From Camelus ferus (taxonomy: Eukaryota): 64,000 nucleotides of DNA. Both the position numbers and the translations under genes were made by a program. This document shows positions 25,180 through 36,936 of the stretch, piece by piece. The notes under the pieces are model-generated. The model saw only the letters and a program-made list of their open reading frames with translations. It was not told where the DNA came from and searched no databases. Position 1 is the first letter of the stretch, and each line of letters starts with the position of its first letter. The stretch lies in assembly GCF_009834535.1 (NCBI RefSeq), contig NC_045707.1, positions 64,482,001-64,546,000 on the forward strand, given 5' to 3'.

Positions 25180-25634
25180 GCATCATGAGATTTCGTTTGC
25201 ACCTGTTTCACTTTTGTTTAAAAGTTAAGAGCAGTGTCACAGCACATAAATCAGGGTGTTGGTGTTGTGGGAGGGGCCTGAAAACAGGAGAGCTTCAGAC
25301 ACAATTTCCTCAACACAGGAAAGAACAGAACTCTCTCACCTGTGAACCAGGTAGCTTCCAAGAAAGACCTTGAGGGACATTTATGAAGCCTGGGACCCAG
25401 TATGCCATGTCGGGCGTGTTTGCTTCTGTCCAGGAGATAAAATAATGTTTTAAGGGATAAGGATGGAAATCTAGTGTCTTGGAGCAGTTTGAGGAGCAGC
25501 TCTGGCAGCTGGAGATGTAGGTGTGTTCTACTACACTGAGTGAAATCAAGCTAAAAATATGTCTAGTGTCTGATAAGAACGCCAGCCTCTTGAAGCTCTC
25601 ATTTAACATCGGACTTTCTGTTTTGCTTTTAAAG
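25180..25634 (+). promoter_or_regulatory. PTPRR: Candidate internal promoter / alternative 5' exon region for short PTPRR (PTPPBS-type) isoforms
   Basis: Non-repetitive sequence directly upstream of the TM exon with candidate donors cag/gtagct (25351), GGC/gtgttt (25416) and tag/gtgtgt (25521). Short PTPRR transcripts are known in mouse and human to start just upstream of this exon. The exact TSS is not visible in sequence. Confidence 0.5.
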
Positions 25635-25745
25635 AAAAATGTTTTACAAGGACAGCATGAAGCGGACAAAATCTGGAGCAAAGAAGGATTTTATGCTGTT
25701 GTCATTTTTCTCAGCATCTTCATTATCATAGTAACGTGTTTGATG
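25635..25745 (+). CDS. PTPRR: PTPRR transmembrane exon (human exon 5 equivalent), phase 0-0, 111 nt
   Basis: ttttgcttttaaag acceptor, ATG/gtaagt donor. Translates KNVLQGQHEADKIWSKEGFYAVVIFLSIFIIIVTCLM with a hydrophobic TM segment. Lies inside track ORF 25521..25847. Confidence 0.97.
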
Positions 25746-27621
25746 GTAAGTTTGCTCCTTTGTATATCTTATCCTTTACTGAGCCCACTGCTTAATAGTA
25801 TTGAATACATTGCCATTCGAAAGAATGTTGAAAAGACTGGGAACTGAAGCAAGACTGTGATTCTGCGGTTGGGAATATTTCATATCTAACAGCATAGCTG
25901 ATAGCTAAAGGAAGACCTGCAGAATTATGGATTCTGACGTGCAGAATAAGGCTGTGATTGCTCTGAGGCTTTTAGTAACTTGATCAACCCTGAGAATGAA
26001 GCTTTAGAAAGAGATTTACCGAGGTCACTGAAGCCCTCAAAGTCATTAAAGTCTCATGGGCATACTTTGGGCTTACTTTAGTTCTTCTTTTATATCATCT
26101 TAATGCAACTTGGGAAAAATTTTAAAAAGAAATATGTCTTAGGGACAAGCTTGCCTCTTAAAGAGTATAAATAAGATTGCCTTATTTTTAAGGGGCTTGG
26201 AAAGCATTCTATGAAATTTCAGGCATGAAAAGGAGATGATTATAGGCTAAAAGTCTAAATCATCCGTATCCCACTGATGTTTTAGGTGAATGAATAATAT
26301 AAAAGTATGAGTACATACTGCAAATAGCTCTGTAAATTACAAGTTATAGATGTAAGGCCTTTGAAAGTATATTTCTAATTTAAAAAAAAAATAGAACACA
26401 AAATTAAACACACAGAACTAGGCAGTGCTCTTTGGTATTAAATGAGTTAACTAATTACCTTTCAAATAGAATGATGAGATTTCCCTGTTCTTTTGAAAAT
26501 ACTGGAATATAACTTAAATATTTCAAGTTTACAAACGGGTTTTAATACGTTTTCTTCTTGTATGCTATGTTCTTTTGAATTTTGCACATTTTAAAAAAAC
26601 ATTCCTTCCTCAGGCTTTCAAACGCCTCCTCCCCACCCCCAAAAGACATCTTCCTGCCATCAACACTGTTGCTAATGGATTTTGTTTATCTGTGCTTCTC
26701 GTCCTGGGAAGGGGTTTATGTTAGAAAGATTAGGACTCAGTTTGGAAGGATAAGAGGCTGAGTGGGTCTACACTAGAAGGATATAAAACAATTAAGGCCT
26801 TGAATAGGGTGAAGATGGGCATATTTCCTAGAATCTAAAATACAGGAAACAGCAAGCTTCCATCATCATGAATCCAGAGGCACCTTCTATGGGCCGGACA
26901 CTAAGAAAGATTTCTAAGAACAGTGACATGATCAACAACAAAAAATAATTTAGGAATTGAGTAAGAAAATTGATTTTTATATCTTAAATGGTGGAGATTA
27001 AGGAAAAAGAATTTTCCTGAAAGAAGTTGGAGGTTTTATGGAAATTTTGGCAAAGACCTCTGGGTGTTTTTTTTAGTGTATTAGAGGGTGTGGTTCTGTG
27101 TTATGGTTAACTGTGTGTTTTAAAATACGGGTTTCTTCTTTTATTTAATAGAGGAAATCTCAAGTGTTGTTTTGTCTCTCACAGGCCACAATTAGGGTGT
27201 TTTTTCTGCTTGGAAGGAAGCGAACAGACAGGAATAGGGAGTGATCCAAATGGAGATTGTTCAGGGAGGGAGTAAATGGGTAAGATTCAGAAGAGCAAAG
27301 GCAAGGGTGAAAGGGGAAAGTGAGGAAGCAGTGACGCGCAGCCGTGAGTACGGAGGGCGGAGGGAGGCAGGGAGGGCAAAGCTCACTGTCACACGCAAGG
27401 TATGCTGCAGATTCTGCATAACTCGGGAGCATCTGTGTATCCAGCATGACTGGATCAATCCCTACGGAACATTCTGAGCTCAAGTGGCAGTAGGACCTGT
27501 AGTTGCCACACCCTCAGCTACCCGGGCCGGGAAGCAACTAACTCTTCCTTTCCCAGTGTCTGCCGAGCATCCATGTGACAATCAGAAATCTGAATAAGTC
27601 TGCTCCCAAGTTACTAGAACA

Positions 27622-27717
27622 TTTGTATCTTTTTTTTTTTTTAGATTCCACATACAAGTGATATCATATGATATTTGCCTTTCTCTGTCTGACTTATTTC
27701 AATTAATATGATGATCT
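27622..27717 (-). mobile_element. Internal L1 fragment (end of ORF2 and start of 3' UTR) flanked by an 8-bp direct repeat
   Basis: tttagattccacatacaagtgatatcatatgatatttgcctttctctgtctgacttatttc. ctagaaca occurs at 27614-27621 and 27718-27725. Confidence 0.8.
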
Positions 27718-27799
27718 CTAGAACAAATCGAGAAAGGAGTGTTTCAGAAGTGTGCAGGTGATTGACTGCTCCCTGCTGGGCTGGTGGGTAGGTCCGTCC

Positions 27800-28925
27800 C
27801 ATTCATTCAGGGCACAGGTTCCTGCCGAGGATGCCCCGTGAGCCTGTTCTGTTGTTGGTGCTGTGGGCAAAGTAAGGCACAAGACAGGTAAGGTCCCTAT
27901 GCTCCTGAGGCTTGTACTCCAAAGGGGGACACAGGCAATCATTAATACCTTTTAGAAATCAAAGAGTGAACCTGCTCTGTGATTCCAAGTATAGGACATT
28001 CGGGAAGAGGCAAAATGAGAGAGGCAGTAAAGAGATCAGCAGTGGCCAGAAGTTGCAGGGGAGGGGTGAGTGGTTGGAGCACAGTGGACTTTTAGGGCCG
28101 TGGACCTGTTCTGTGTGATACCGTAATGGTGACTATATGACACCATTGGGATTTGTCAGAACCCGTAGAATGTACAACACTAAGAGCCCGAATCTAGAGT
28201 CTAGACTTCAGTTAATGAGAACATAACCGTGTTGCTCCATTGTAACAAGTATGCCACACAAATGCAAGATGCTAGTAACAGGGGAAATTGTTGAGGGGGT
28301 TGTCAGGGGGTGTCTATGAGAACTCTGTGTTCTCTGCTCAAGTTTTCTGCAAACCTGAAACTACTCTTTAAAAAAATAAAGTTTATTAATTTTGTAAAAA
28401 ATGAAAAGCATTAAGTGCTGTAAAGAGATAGCAGTGAGTGAGTGGAGCAGTCGGAGACATCGGAGACATGGAAATGGAGGGGAGAGTCTCCCTGAGGCAG
28501 AATAAGCCTCGCCTCTTTGCCTTCCAGAAGGGTGGGAGCTGAGTGTTTGGGGCACAGCTTTGATGTGATCTGCTTTGTGTATTTCAACGATCCCTGTCTC
28601 TTCTGGTGGAGAGTGGTTGGGGACAGAACATGAGGTGAAGTGTGGGTTCAGGAGGACCCTAGTGGCAGCTGTTGCTTTAGCCTGATGAGAAATATGATGG
28701 TAGCCCGGAGTAGGGGGTGGTAATGGAAATGGAGAAAAGTGAAGGATTGGGATTTATTTGCAGGTGGAACTGACCCAGACTTGCTGGGTACTGATTCTCT
28801 GGGAGGAAGAAAGAAAAAAAATTAAAGATGACCCCTAGGTTGTTTGGCTGGTTATCTGGATGGTGGTGCTTCCATGTCCTGGGAGAGGAATGCATTGGCG
28901 ATGGGGAGTTGTGAGAGAGAAGAAG
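27800..28925 (-). mobile_element. L2 LINE fragment, split by an L1M insertion
   Basis: cattcattca...aagacaggtaaggtccctatgctcctgaggctt (left part). aagtgctgtaaagag...attaaagatgacccctaggttgtttggctgg (right part). Confidence 0.7.
27970..28390 (+). mobile_element. L1MC/L1MB-type 3' end nested in L2
   Basis: tgattccaagtataggacattcgggaagaggcaaaa...gaactctgtgttctctgctcaagttttctgcaaacctgaaactactctttaaaaaaataaagtttatt. Confidence 0.85.
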
Positions 28926-30441
28926 CACATTTGATCTGTATTCCCACAGTTCTTGAATAAATGGAAGAAAGTACTAGAATGATATATTTCAAACATCATC
29001 TTAAATTTTAATGTAAAAGGGTCACTTTAAAAAGTTAAAGGGGAACCTGCAGTACACTAGAAAGGAATTAATATTGATAGGTAAATAAATACTACCTGAT
29101 AGACAGGGTCAAGATGAAGTTACGTTTATCTGATACAACTTACCCACTGACAAGTCAGCAGTTCTCATTTAGGGACTAGTCAAATGTGATTCTCTAAAGG
29201 ACGCTTATCTTTGTATATTTCAAATGTTTTTGATAATGATCTTGATTCCAAGTAAGTTTTTCACTTGGATCTCTCAGTAATAGTTACACTCTCACTTTTG
29301 TGATTTTCAAACGTTATAGTCCGGTTTCTGTTTCCCATAATTTTGTTGATTCCATGGCGAAGGAAAAGCTCTAACTCAGAATTTTCCCTCTGGCATTAAT
29401 TAGTTGTATTTATGAAAGATCAAATGCCGTTATTTGTGTCCAAGGCTTCCTACACATTACAGAAATCACAAGCGTGTGGTTTTATTAGTGAAATGATATA
29501 GGTAAATTGCCGTCATGGAGGATTACGTGCTCTGTAACAATAACATAAGGCTTGGCAAAATTTTTGAAATGTGGCATATTGTTTCCTTTCCTTAAAATTT
29601 TTTTTTTTTTAAAATGTATGTTGCCAGGCATAAAATTAGACATGCATGACATTTTCAAATGTGTGACTTATTTAGCACCTCTCAAATGTGAATGTAGAGT
29701 GGGTGGTGCAACAAATAGAAACTACAATTTTCCAAGAGAAAAAAAAAAAAATGTGTGGGCAACTTCCAATCCATTCAGTCTGTTTTAGGTGGAGGACTGT
29801 GTTACTAAGAAGAATGAGTCCTTAAACTTGAGTAAATCATAGAAAGAACAGCGTTTATCATCTACATTAGGTCTCCAGTGCCCTTAGAGGTTTACTAACA
29901 AGTGCAAAGGCATTTGTGGAACGTAGGTAGAGCCGTCTACAAGCCAGATTGCTACTGGAAAGCAATTTTAGGAAACACATAAAAACAGCTGTTTGGGTCA
30001 ATAAAAGTTCTGGCTTTTAAAACCCACAGAAGAGGCATCCATATGTCATCCAAAGAGTTTCTCTAGTCATGGTCTTGGTACCTGAGGCAGGAAATTCTCT
30101 ATCAGACTACCTATTACAGTCGAAGCATCATGCAAAAAATACATGTCAGAAGTGGACATAAATAGCCACACCTTTCTAATATGTTATATATAATTCCTAG
30201 GGCTTAAGGAAAAGAGGACCAGATTCCTAGCTGGAATACTCTGGTTATAGAACCATTCTCCAAAGCAGACATATGTCTCAAACTAATTTTCAGTTTTTTT
30301 TCTGTATTCATAAAAACCATTGAGCTCAAAATACAACCCTCTTAATAATAATAAAAACACTAATAACTATAATTAGTTTCTTCCATTTATTGCACATTTA
30401 CTGGCACTAAATTTTCTGCCTGGGACTAAACACATAATGTA

Positions 30442-30552
30442 TTTTTTTTTAATTGAAGTACAGTCAGTTACAATGTGTCAATTTCCGGTGTACAGCACAC
30501 TGTCCCAGTCATGCACATACGTACATATATTCATTTTCATATTCTTTTTCAA
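30442..30552 (-). mobile_element. Short L1 3' end with TSD
   Basis: ttaattgaagtacagtcagttacaatgtgtcaatttccggtgtacagcac. TSD acacataatgtatttttt on both sides. Confidence 0.85.
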
Positions 30553-30569
30553 CACACATAATGTATTTT

Positions 30570-30830
30570 TTAAAACCACTTTATTGACGTACAGAAAGCT
30601 GTACATATTTAATGTAACCAACTTGGTGAGTTTGGGGATAAGAATATACCCATGAAACCATCACCACAATCTACATCATAAACGTATCTATCACCTCCAA
30701 CATTTCTTCCCACCCTCTTTATTTATTATTATTATTTTGTGTTGTGATAAGAACACTTAACATAAGAGCTATCCTCTTAGCAAAGTTTTATGTTTGCAAA
30801 TCAGTAGTATTAACTGTAGGCTCTCTGTAT
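30570..30830 (-). mobile_element. Older L1 3' end (L1MA/MB-like)
   Basis: ctttattgacgtacagaaagctgtacatatttaatg...ccatgaaaccatcaccacaatc...aagaacacttaacataagagctatcctcttagcaaa. Confidence 0.75.
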
Positions 30831-31497
30831 AAACACATCATATTTTAGTTTCCTAATTTTACTGATGAGGAAACCAAGATTCAGAGGAAATATATGACTT
30901 GACCGAGAACAAGCAATGGGTAGGTATGTGTGGGGGGGGGTGTCTGAGGAGAGGGGTTGGAATTTAAACCCAAGTCTACCTGGATTAAAAGTTGGGGCTC
31001 TTTACTGTGATTTCATGTATAAAGAATCATGCTGTGATTTCTCTAAGTCCTGTCACTCTACCTTGTGAACGTCTGTTTCTGGCCACAGAGGTGTCTAGTT
31101 ATCAATGAGGATGCCTGTGCTAATCAGAGACATTCAGCCCAAGCAGAGTTGATAAACGGGTACCACACCATACCTGTTGTGGCTGCATCTCTGTTTTTGC
31201 ACTTTGCGTCTGGTACTGGACATCACTTTTGCACATCCTTCTCTTCTGGAAGCCTGTGAATTCCCAGAAGCGAGGATTGTGTGCTGTCTTTGTATCCACA
31301 GTGTTGTTTCTGGAACGTGGTAGCAATTGACTCACGTTTATTCATCTAAAAGAAATGAATAAATGAGCTACTTCAGAACTATCTGTAAACGGCTGTAAAG
31401 GACAAATGCTGCGGACTCTTGGTACCATCATTTTGAGATTTGAACATATTTTAACCCAAACAGATGTTTTGTGTGTTGTGTGTATCCACTTATGGGA

Positions 31498-31550
31498 TTT
31501 TTTTATTGAAATATATTTGACATATAATGTTGTATTAAGTTTAAGGTGTA
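31498..31550 (-). mobile_element. ~50-bp L1 3' terminus with TSD
   Basis: tttttattgaaatatatttgacatataatgttgtattaagtttaaggtgta. ccacttatg occurs at 31486 and 31551. Confidence 0.75.
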
Positions 31551-32124
31551 CCACTTATGAGCTTTTTTAAATGAAAATTATAAGCTGCAAAATAACTTTA
31601 TAGGATTCTTTTTAGCCTCTTCTCATCTCTGTGTTTCTCTGGTTCTCCTCTTCCCGCTGTTATTTTTTTTTCTCCTGCTAGAGTTTTGACTTTTACAAAT
31701 TTTCTCATTCAGTATTTCATTCTCTTTCCTTTTTCAAATGATCAAATGACTCTATTGTGTCCCAAGTTTAAACAGGAAGCTCTTAAAAGGTAAGTCAAAA
31801 AAATACTGATTTACCACTGCTATGGCAAGCTTTTAGGTTGAGTTTGGAAGCAAAGTGCATTCATATAGAGAAATATGCATATGGTATATTCCAGACCTTG
31901 CTCTGCACAGAGAAGACTTTCTGACACACTTTCCCAGAGGCTTTGGGAAAGAGGATGGGAAGAAGCTGTGAGGATTTAGAAGATGGAGTAGAATCCTCGC
32001 AGGCATTAAGTCAGGAAGCCTGGATCTTAGACTTTATTTCTAACCTTCCATAAATCATTTGATCGCTCTGGGTTTAATGTGAGATGAGGAGATTATACTA
32101 GATGGTTTTTAAGGTCCCTTACAC

Positions 32125-32347
32125 CAGTTTCTTGACAGCAGCACTGCTGACATCTTGAACTGGATAACTGGATCGGGGGAAGAGGGGCTGTCCTGTGCAT
32201 TGTAGGGTCCTTAACAGTGTCCCTAGCCTCTGCTGGACAGATGATAGTAGCACCCCAGCACACACCCAGGACGACAGCCAGAAAAGGTCGCCCGACATTG
32301 TCAAATGTCCCCTGAGGGGCAAAATCCCTGCTGGTTGAGAAACACTG
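32125..32347 (-). mobile_element. MER20 (hAT-Charlie) DNA transposon
   Basis: ggggctgtcctgtgcattgtagg...gacattgtcaaatgtcccctgaggggcaaaatc...gttgagaaacactg. Degenerate 8-bp TSD ccttacac / ccttagag. Confidence 0.9.
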
Positions 32348-32368
32348 CCTTAGAGTTTAATTCTAGGA

Positions 32369-32440
32369 CAAGTAGCAACCTCCCCGGTTCTTTCCGCATT
32401 TTGCCAAGTAGCAACCTCCCCGGTTCTTTCCGCATTTTGT
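32369..32440. repeat. Tandem duplication, 2 x 36 bp
   Basis: caagtagcaacctccccggttctttccgcattttg(c/t) repeated head to tail. Confidence 0.97.
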
Positions 32441-34546
32441 CAGACAGCCCTACTCCCTCCGTCGATCTTTGAACAGTGTCTTAGAAGCATCATATATCCT
32501 CCAGGCTCTGCAGTTCCCCTAATTAAAGATGCAGCAATCAGTTTGTACACATAAGACACAGCTATAGATTAAAAAGTTGACCTCTAACCGGAGATGAAAT
32601 AAACAGATGACTGTCAATTACGTGGCACAGGTTTTCATCAGGAACATATGCTCACGAACGGTAAAGAAGGACTTTGGACTAGAGTTTGTTTTACACCAGC
32701 AGAATCGTAAAAGTCACGGGTTGGGAACCGTTGAGAAGGCCAACATTTCTTTGGCTTCCATATTTCCATTTTTGAAATCTGCTTCTCCAAAGCCCAAATG
32801 TAAACAGGCAAGCGAATCTTCTGGTTTACATATTATCTTTAGATGTGAAGAACTTACAATATACAATAGATGCGTTATCTGCTGTTAAATATATTTATTT
32901 TTGTAAACGTACAGGTGTTTGTTTCTTTTCTCACTCAGAAAAATAACTTGCTTACGGTGAAAAAAAAAAAAAGCGATCCCACCTTCAATTCTATTGCCTC
33001 ATCTTTTAGTAATTAGGCATTTAGCTTAACACGTAAGTGTCATCTGATTGGTATTGTTCCGGGGTGGGTTTTGTTTGTGCAGAATGGTGGCAAAGTGCCT
33101 TTTGAGGGTTACAGAAACTGAAAAGAAGCAGTAAGTTAAAAAGCCCTCTCCATCCTTAGGCGTTAGGCACAGGTAAGAGTACGAGTCCCCAGTACTTTCT
33201 ACTCTACAGAAAGCAGTTATAATAAAGCTAGAAAGACTTGTCACTTAGTGTTAGACCTCTTTTTTCCTTACACAGTCATATTTGTCACAGGAATATTGAG
33301 AACCCATTGTTTTCAAAAAGCTAAGATTTAGCTTTACCCTGCCGTGGTCCATGGCGACCACCAGTATATAAAAGTGTCCAGGTTCTGAGGAAGTGAGCTG
33401 ATACAAAAGACAAGAAGAATTCTCTTTAATTTCCTGGCAGCTCAAGTTATAACAGGCATTTCTAGTTACACGTCATATGTCTATGATCCTTTTCCTTAAA
33501 AAGAGCGCTCAGCATACAAAGGATGCCCTCTTAGATTTGGTGGTGTTGAGAATCACGTGAGCAGAAGGTTATGACTTCAGAGTCAACCTTTTAAGAATGA
33601 TGGTCTGGCAAAGAGCATGTCAGGGGTGGAAAGTGATCAGGCCTGCCAGTCAGAGGTGCCCTGGGGCTTGGCTCTGCTCCAGCCAACTGCTGACTGCGGA
33701 CCAGCCACCGTGTTTAGCTGGACTGTGATTCCTTTAATGTACCATTAAGTCAGAAAGACCTCTAGTGACCGTTCGAACTCTAATTTCCCCTGTATCCCTA
33801 ATTAACAGTCACTGAATGTATATTCACCCCTCGTTTTTATTTCTCTGCTCTTCTCAAACTTCTTTCTTGTTATTACTATCTGAGATTTTGGAACTGAGAC
33901 ATAATTAAATTTATTTTTCCCTCTGCGTTTAAATAATTCCCAAGCTCCCTTTTATGTTGCGATTTCCCGTTCTTCAGTTCTTCACTGTGACTCATGTTTC
34001 TCATGACTTTGAGTAAAATTTTCTCAGGCCGGGTACACAGGTAATTTATTCTCTGAGACCTTGTGTATTTGAGAAATTCTTTTTGTTGGCTTCGCCCGTG
34101 GGAGCGTCAGTTTATCCAGGTGCAGAATTCATGCATCCTTTGCAGTATGTATTTTTTTTCTCAAAGTCACAAAAAATTGCTCCATTTGCTTCTCACATTT
34201 ACTCTTCTTTCAATTGGTGTACTTTTCTAAAAAAATTAAGAACTTGTTTTCATCCCATATCCCTAAATTTCATAGGAATAGGATGCCGTCTGCTTTGTTC
34301 ACCATGGAATACGCTGTACTTCTGACCACATGTGACATGAGAGGACAATGAAAAACAGTTTTGAATGACTTGCTTCTTTCTCATTTATTCTGATTGATCA
34401 TTTACCGTAACTCTTCTCTGACATCCATATCCCGTCTTTTCTCTTATTTTCATCTTCATTGCTTTATTATCCGTTTCTAGGTGTCTCTCATCTTTGCATA
34501 TACACCACTGATGGCATTTTCTGTATTGTCAGTTCTGTTCCTTATT

Positions 34547-35180
34547 TTTTTTAGTATGTTTTTAATTGAAGTATAGTCAGTTGACAATGTTGTGTCAGTT
34601 TCTGGTGCACAGCACAATACTTCAGTCATTTAAGAACATACATATATTCGTTTTCATGTTCTTTTTAGCCATAATTTACTACAAGATATTGAATATAGTT
34701 CCCTATGCTGTATAATATAAACTTGTTGTTTATCTATTTTATATATAGTAATTAGTATCTGCAAACCTCGAACTCCCAATTTATCCCTTCCCCCCAAGTA
34801 ACCATAAGTTTGTTTTCTATGTCTGTGAGTCTGTTTCTGTTTTGTAAATAAGTTCATTTGTCTTTTTTTTTTTTTTTTTTTGTAGATTCCACATATAAGT
34901 GATATCATGTTATTTTTCTTTCTCTTTCTGGCTTACTTCACTTAGAATGGCATTCTCCAGGTCCATCCATGTTGCTGCAAATGGCATTATTGTATTATTT
35001 TTTATGGCTGAGTAGTATTCTATTATATAAATATACCATAGCTTCTTTATCCAGTCATCTGTTGATGGACATTTCCATGTCTTGGCTATTGTATTTAGTG
35101 CTGCTATGAACACTGGAGTTCATGTATCTTTTTGAATTAAGGCTCCCTGTGGATATAGGCCCAGGAGTGGGATTGCTGGA
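34547..35180 (-). mobile_element. 5'-truncated L1 (ORF2 C-terminus and 3' UTR) with a 10-bp TSD, probably inserted in an older L1 relic
   Basis: Track ORF 34910..35113 (MFIAALNTIAKTWK...WIKKLWYIY...MPFAATWMDLE) is the L1 ORF2 C-terminus. gttccttatt occurs at 34537-34546 and 35181-35190. Confidence 0.93.
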
Positions 35181-35814
35181 GTTCCTTATTGCTTAAAAGA
35201 AGATTTACACTCTGCTACTGAGTTCTCAGTTCTTTGAATTCCTTTTCTTAATCTCAGTCTGATACCTTTTCATCTTAGATTGTTGTGTTTTTATTTCATC
35301 CTGATTCTTTTTTATAATCATATTTTGTTAAGCAGAATTTTTTCCACCAATATATTTTGAGAATACTGGATGAATATTTTCTAAAATTTTCCTGGAATAA
35401 ATTCTCATCAGCATTCACATCCTTTAACAAGAAAAGTGCATATTTAGACTTTCTATCTTTTCAGTAGATTTCAAATATAGAGATGACTAGAATTGAAAGG
35501 AAATTTGAAAGAAAAGGAAAGAAAGAATTAGCCTCAAGACCAGTTAGAGTAAATGCGATTGAAAAGTGCCAGGACAGCCCTGTCCCCTAAAATAACAGTC
35601 ATTCAAGCTAATGGATTCCAGAAACTGAACAGGGGAGTTCAACTGACCGAGGGCTTTTTAAGATGCAGATGTCTACTATAATTGCAGGTAATGGGTTAAG
35701 TCACCGCTTCATGCAAATAACCTGAGAACAGGCTTGAAGAAACACAAGGACATCCAGTTTTTGTAGGAATTGGAGTAGAGGAGTTAGCAACAGGAAAAGA
35801 GAAAAAATAGCAAA

Positions 35815-35900
35815 TCATTACACTGTACACATTAAATGTATGCAATGTTATATGTCTATTGTATCTCAATAAAGCTGGGGAAAAAATAAAATAAAATATA
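35815..35900 (+). mobile_element. Short L1 3' terminus
   Basis: ctgtacacattaaatgtatgcaatgttatatgtctattgtatctcaataaagctggggaaaaaa. Confidence 0.75.
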
Positions 35901-36584
35901 TAAAAATTAATAAATGTTTAAAAGAGAAAAGAGAGAAGGGGAAAAGACTTACAAAAAGGGAAGCCCGAGGACAGGAGAGACAGACAGCTCACCTCTCAAT
36001 GTGTCCATTTGTGTCTCAGCAAAGTCAGCCCAATTCTTTTTTAAAGTTTAAAAGTGAAGATGCTACCATGTCTGAATTGAATTAGCCAGTCCAGAAAGAG
36101 CCCTGAGAATGAAGGAAAGTGATACTTTTGCTTTTTTAACACATGTATTAAAAATTAAAAGGGCCAAGGGGCAAGAAAGAAAATTCTAGTGGTTCAAATT
36201 ATTCTTTGATACGTGCCCTAAATTTAGTTTTTTAAGTATTTACCAGATACTCAAGTTAATATGTGACTAATGCAGATATTTACCAACATCAAAAAATTGT
36301 GGCTTATAGCATAACTAGTCTTTAATTAATATTTTTCAAGACTTTCTTCTTTGTATGTTGCATTTGTTGTATGTTCTTTGTATGTTGTATTGAGTACAAA
36401 TCTCTGTTTCTATAAAAGTCATAAGCCCCTATTTCCTGGGCTGTTCCTTCTGTAAGTTTTTCATTTCAGTCATTTTCAGTAAGTGCTTACATCGAACCAA
36501 CATCTAGCACTTTTTATAAAATTAGCCACATTTGCTTCTGAATATACATTTGAGGAGTGAATTGATGTCCATATGTAGAACCTG

Positions 36585-36693
36585 TTTTTTTTATTTTTAT
36601 TTTTATTATTTTTTAATGGAGGTACTGGGGATTGAACCCAGCACATCCTGCATGCTAAGCACGTGCTCTACTACTGAGCTCTACCCTCCCCCC
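36585..36693 (-). mobile_element. tRNA-derived SINE, camelid Vic-1 type
   Basis: ggaggtactggggattgaacccagcacatcctgcatgctaagcacgtgctctactactgagctctaccctcccc is the reverse complement of the head of the 16914 element. T-rich tail on the left. Confidence 0.88.
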
Positions 36694-36936
36694 AATTCAT
36701 GTCCATATATATTTAATATATTTGTGCCCTATAACTAGAAATGACTAGTACATCTTTCTGAGAGAAGTCCTCAGCACCACAAAAGTGAGAAATCAACCAA
36801 GAAAGCTTTGCTTACTTGAATTATCATTAAGCCTCATTTTGAGCTGTCTTCTAGGTTGGGGTGGAGGAGATCATACTTTGTTGTTGAACGTGAAAAAAAA
36901 AAATGTGACAAGAGCCCTTTATATCTCCTTCTATAG

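Noticed and set aside
25521..25847. 108-aa ORF as a standalone membrane protein
   Set aside because: Starts at GTG. It is the PTPRR TM exon plus in-frame intronic flanks, and canonical splice sites delimit 25635-25745.
32369..32440. CRISPR-like 36-bp repeat
   Set aside because: Only two abutting units, no spacers, no cas genes, mammalian context.
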